Of a stretch of DNA of 29,045 nt, positions 28,846-29,045 are shown in pieces (position 1 is the stretch's first letter; every line of letters begins with the position of its first letter). A model generated the notes under the pieces. It was not told the DNA's origin. It ran no database searches and saw only the letters and a program-made list of their open reading frames with translations. Position numbers and translations under genes: made by a program. This DNA is from a virus (lineage: Duplodnaviria; Heunggongvirae; Uroviricota; Caudoviricetes): the IMG/VR virus record IMGVR_UViG_2579778652_000007, positions 1-29,045 of that record; one strand, 5' to 3'.

Positions 28846-29045
28846 GAACGTCATTAGTCACCCGTGAAGAGATGATCGAGGCAATTGAACAGCACACTGC
28901 CTGTATCAGTACCAGGGATATACCAGGCGTTATAGCCAACTACTTCATGATCACCAAACAACTTTACCGGAGAAAGGACAAGAACGCTGTTCACCGCATT
29001 CTGTTGTCTGATATCCGCGAATACCTGCTCGAACAGGGTCATCTG
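28842..29045 (+). CDS. Hypothetical protein, 5' partial (runs off window end; possibly immunity-region gene)
   Basis: ATG with GGAGGG RBS, open through the window end (68 codons); absent from ORF track because no stop in window. Confidence 0.5.
   Translation, partial: MRTSLVTREEMIEAIEQHTACISTRDIPGVIANYFMITKQLYRRKDKNAVHRILLSDIREYLLEQGHL

Noticed and set aside
28854-29042. 62-aa minus-strand ORF at the window end
   Set aside because: The overlapping plus-strand frame has a strong RBS and is translationally coupled to the upstream gene; the minus ORF has neither.

Overview
This 29 kb window reads as one contiguous segment of a P1-family temperate phage or phage-plasmid from an enterobacterial host, with no rRNA, CRISPR array, IS element or integrase. 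All calls come from reading motifs by eye and from remembered P1 synteny; no BLAST, HMM or folding was run. Gene order: a TerB-like gene (tciA-like), two tiny membrane ORFs, a phage-borne tRNA with anticodon CAU, a DnaB-family helicase (ban-like) operon ending in a GT-B glycosyltransferase-like gene, then a convergent six-gene minus-strand operon that includes a gpV/gp5-like spike protein and a SWIM-zinc-finger protein. The plus strand continues with a VRR-NUC nuclease, two tandem sialyltransferase-fold (GT42/DUF115-like) paralogs, a lambda-type Ser/Thr phosphatase (ppp), a GT8-like protein, a coiled-coil protein and a HAD phosphatase. A roughly 6 kb cassette of small accessory genes follows (ASCH, Ea22-like, DUF551-like, Cys-rich proteins), then a lipoprotein, a Pol III theta homologue (hot), a LexA-boxed humD, phd-doc, an lpa-like gene and pacA-pacB carrying the TGATCA/G pac hexamer cluster. 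Non-coding signals include six 17-mers matching the P1 C1-repressor operator and four rho-independent terminators. The best candidate for something undescribed is the glycosyltransferase and phosphatase-rich block at 9.4-15.1 kb together with the GT-B gene in the helicase operon. Also worth a second look are the operator-gated accessory cassette at 15.1-21.3 kb, the repeated stem-loop units at 1-600 and the structured non-coding stretch at 28.44-28.62 kb.
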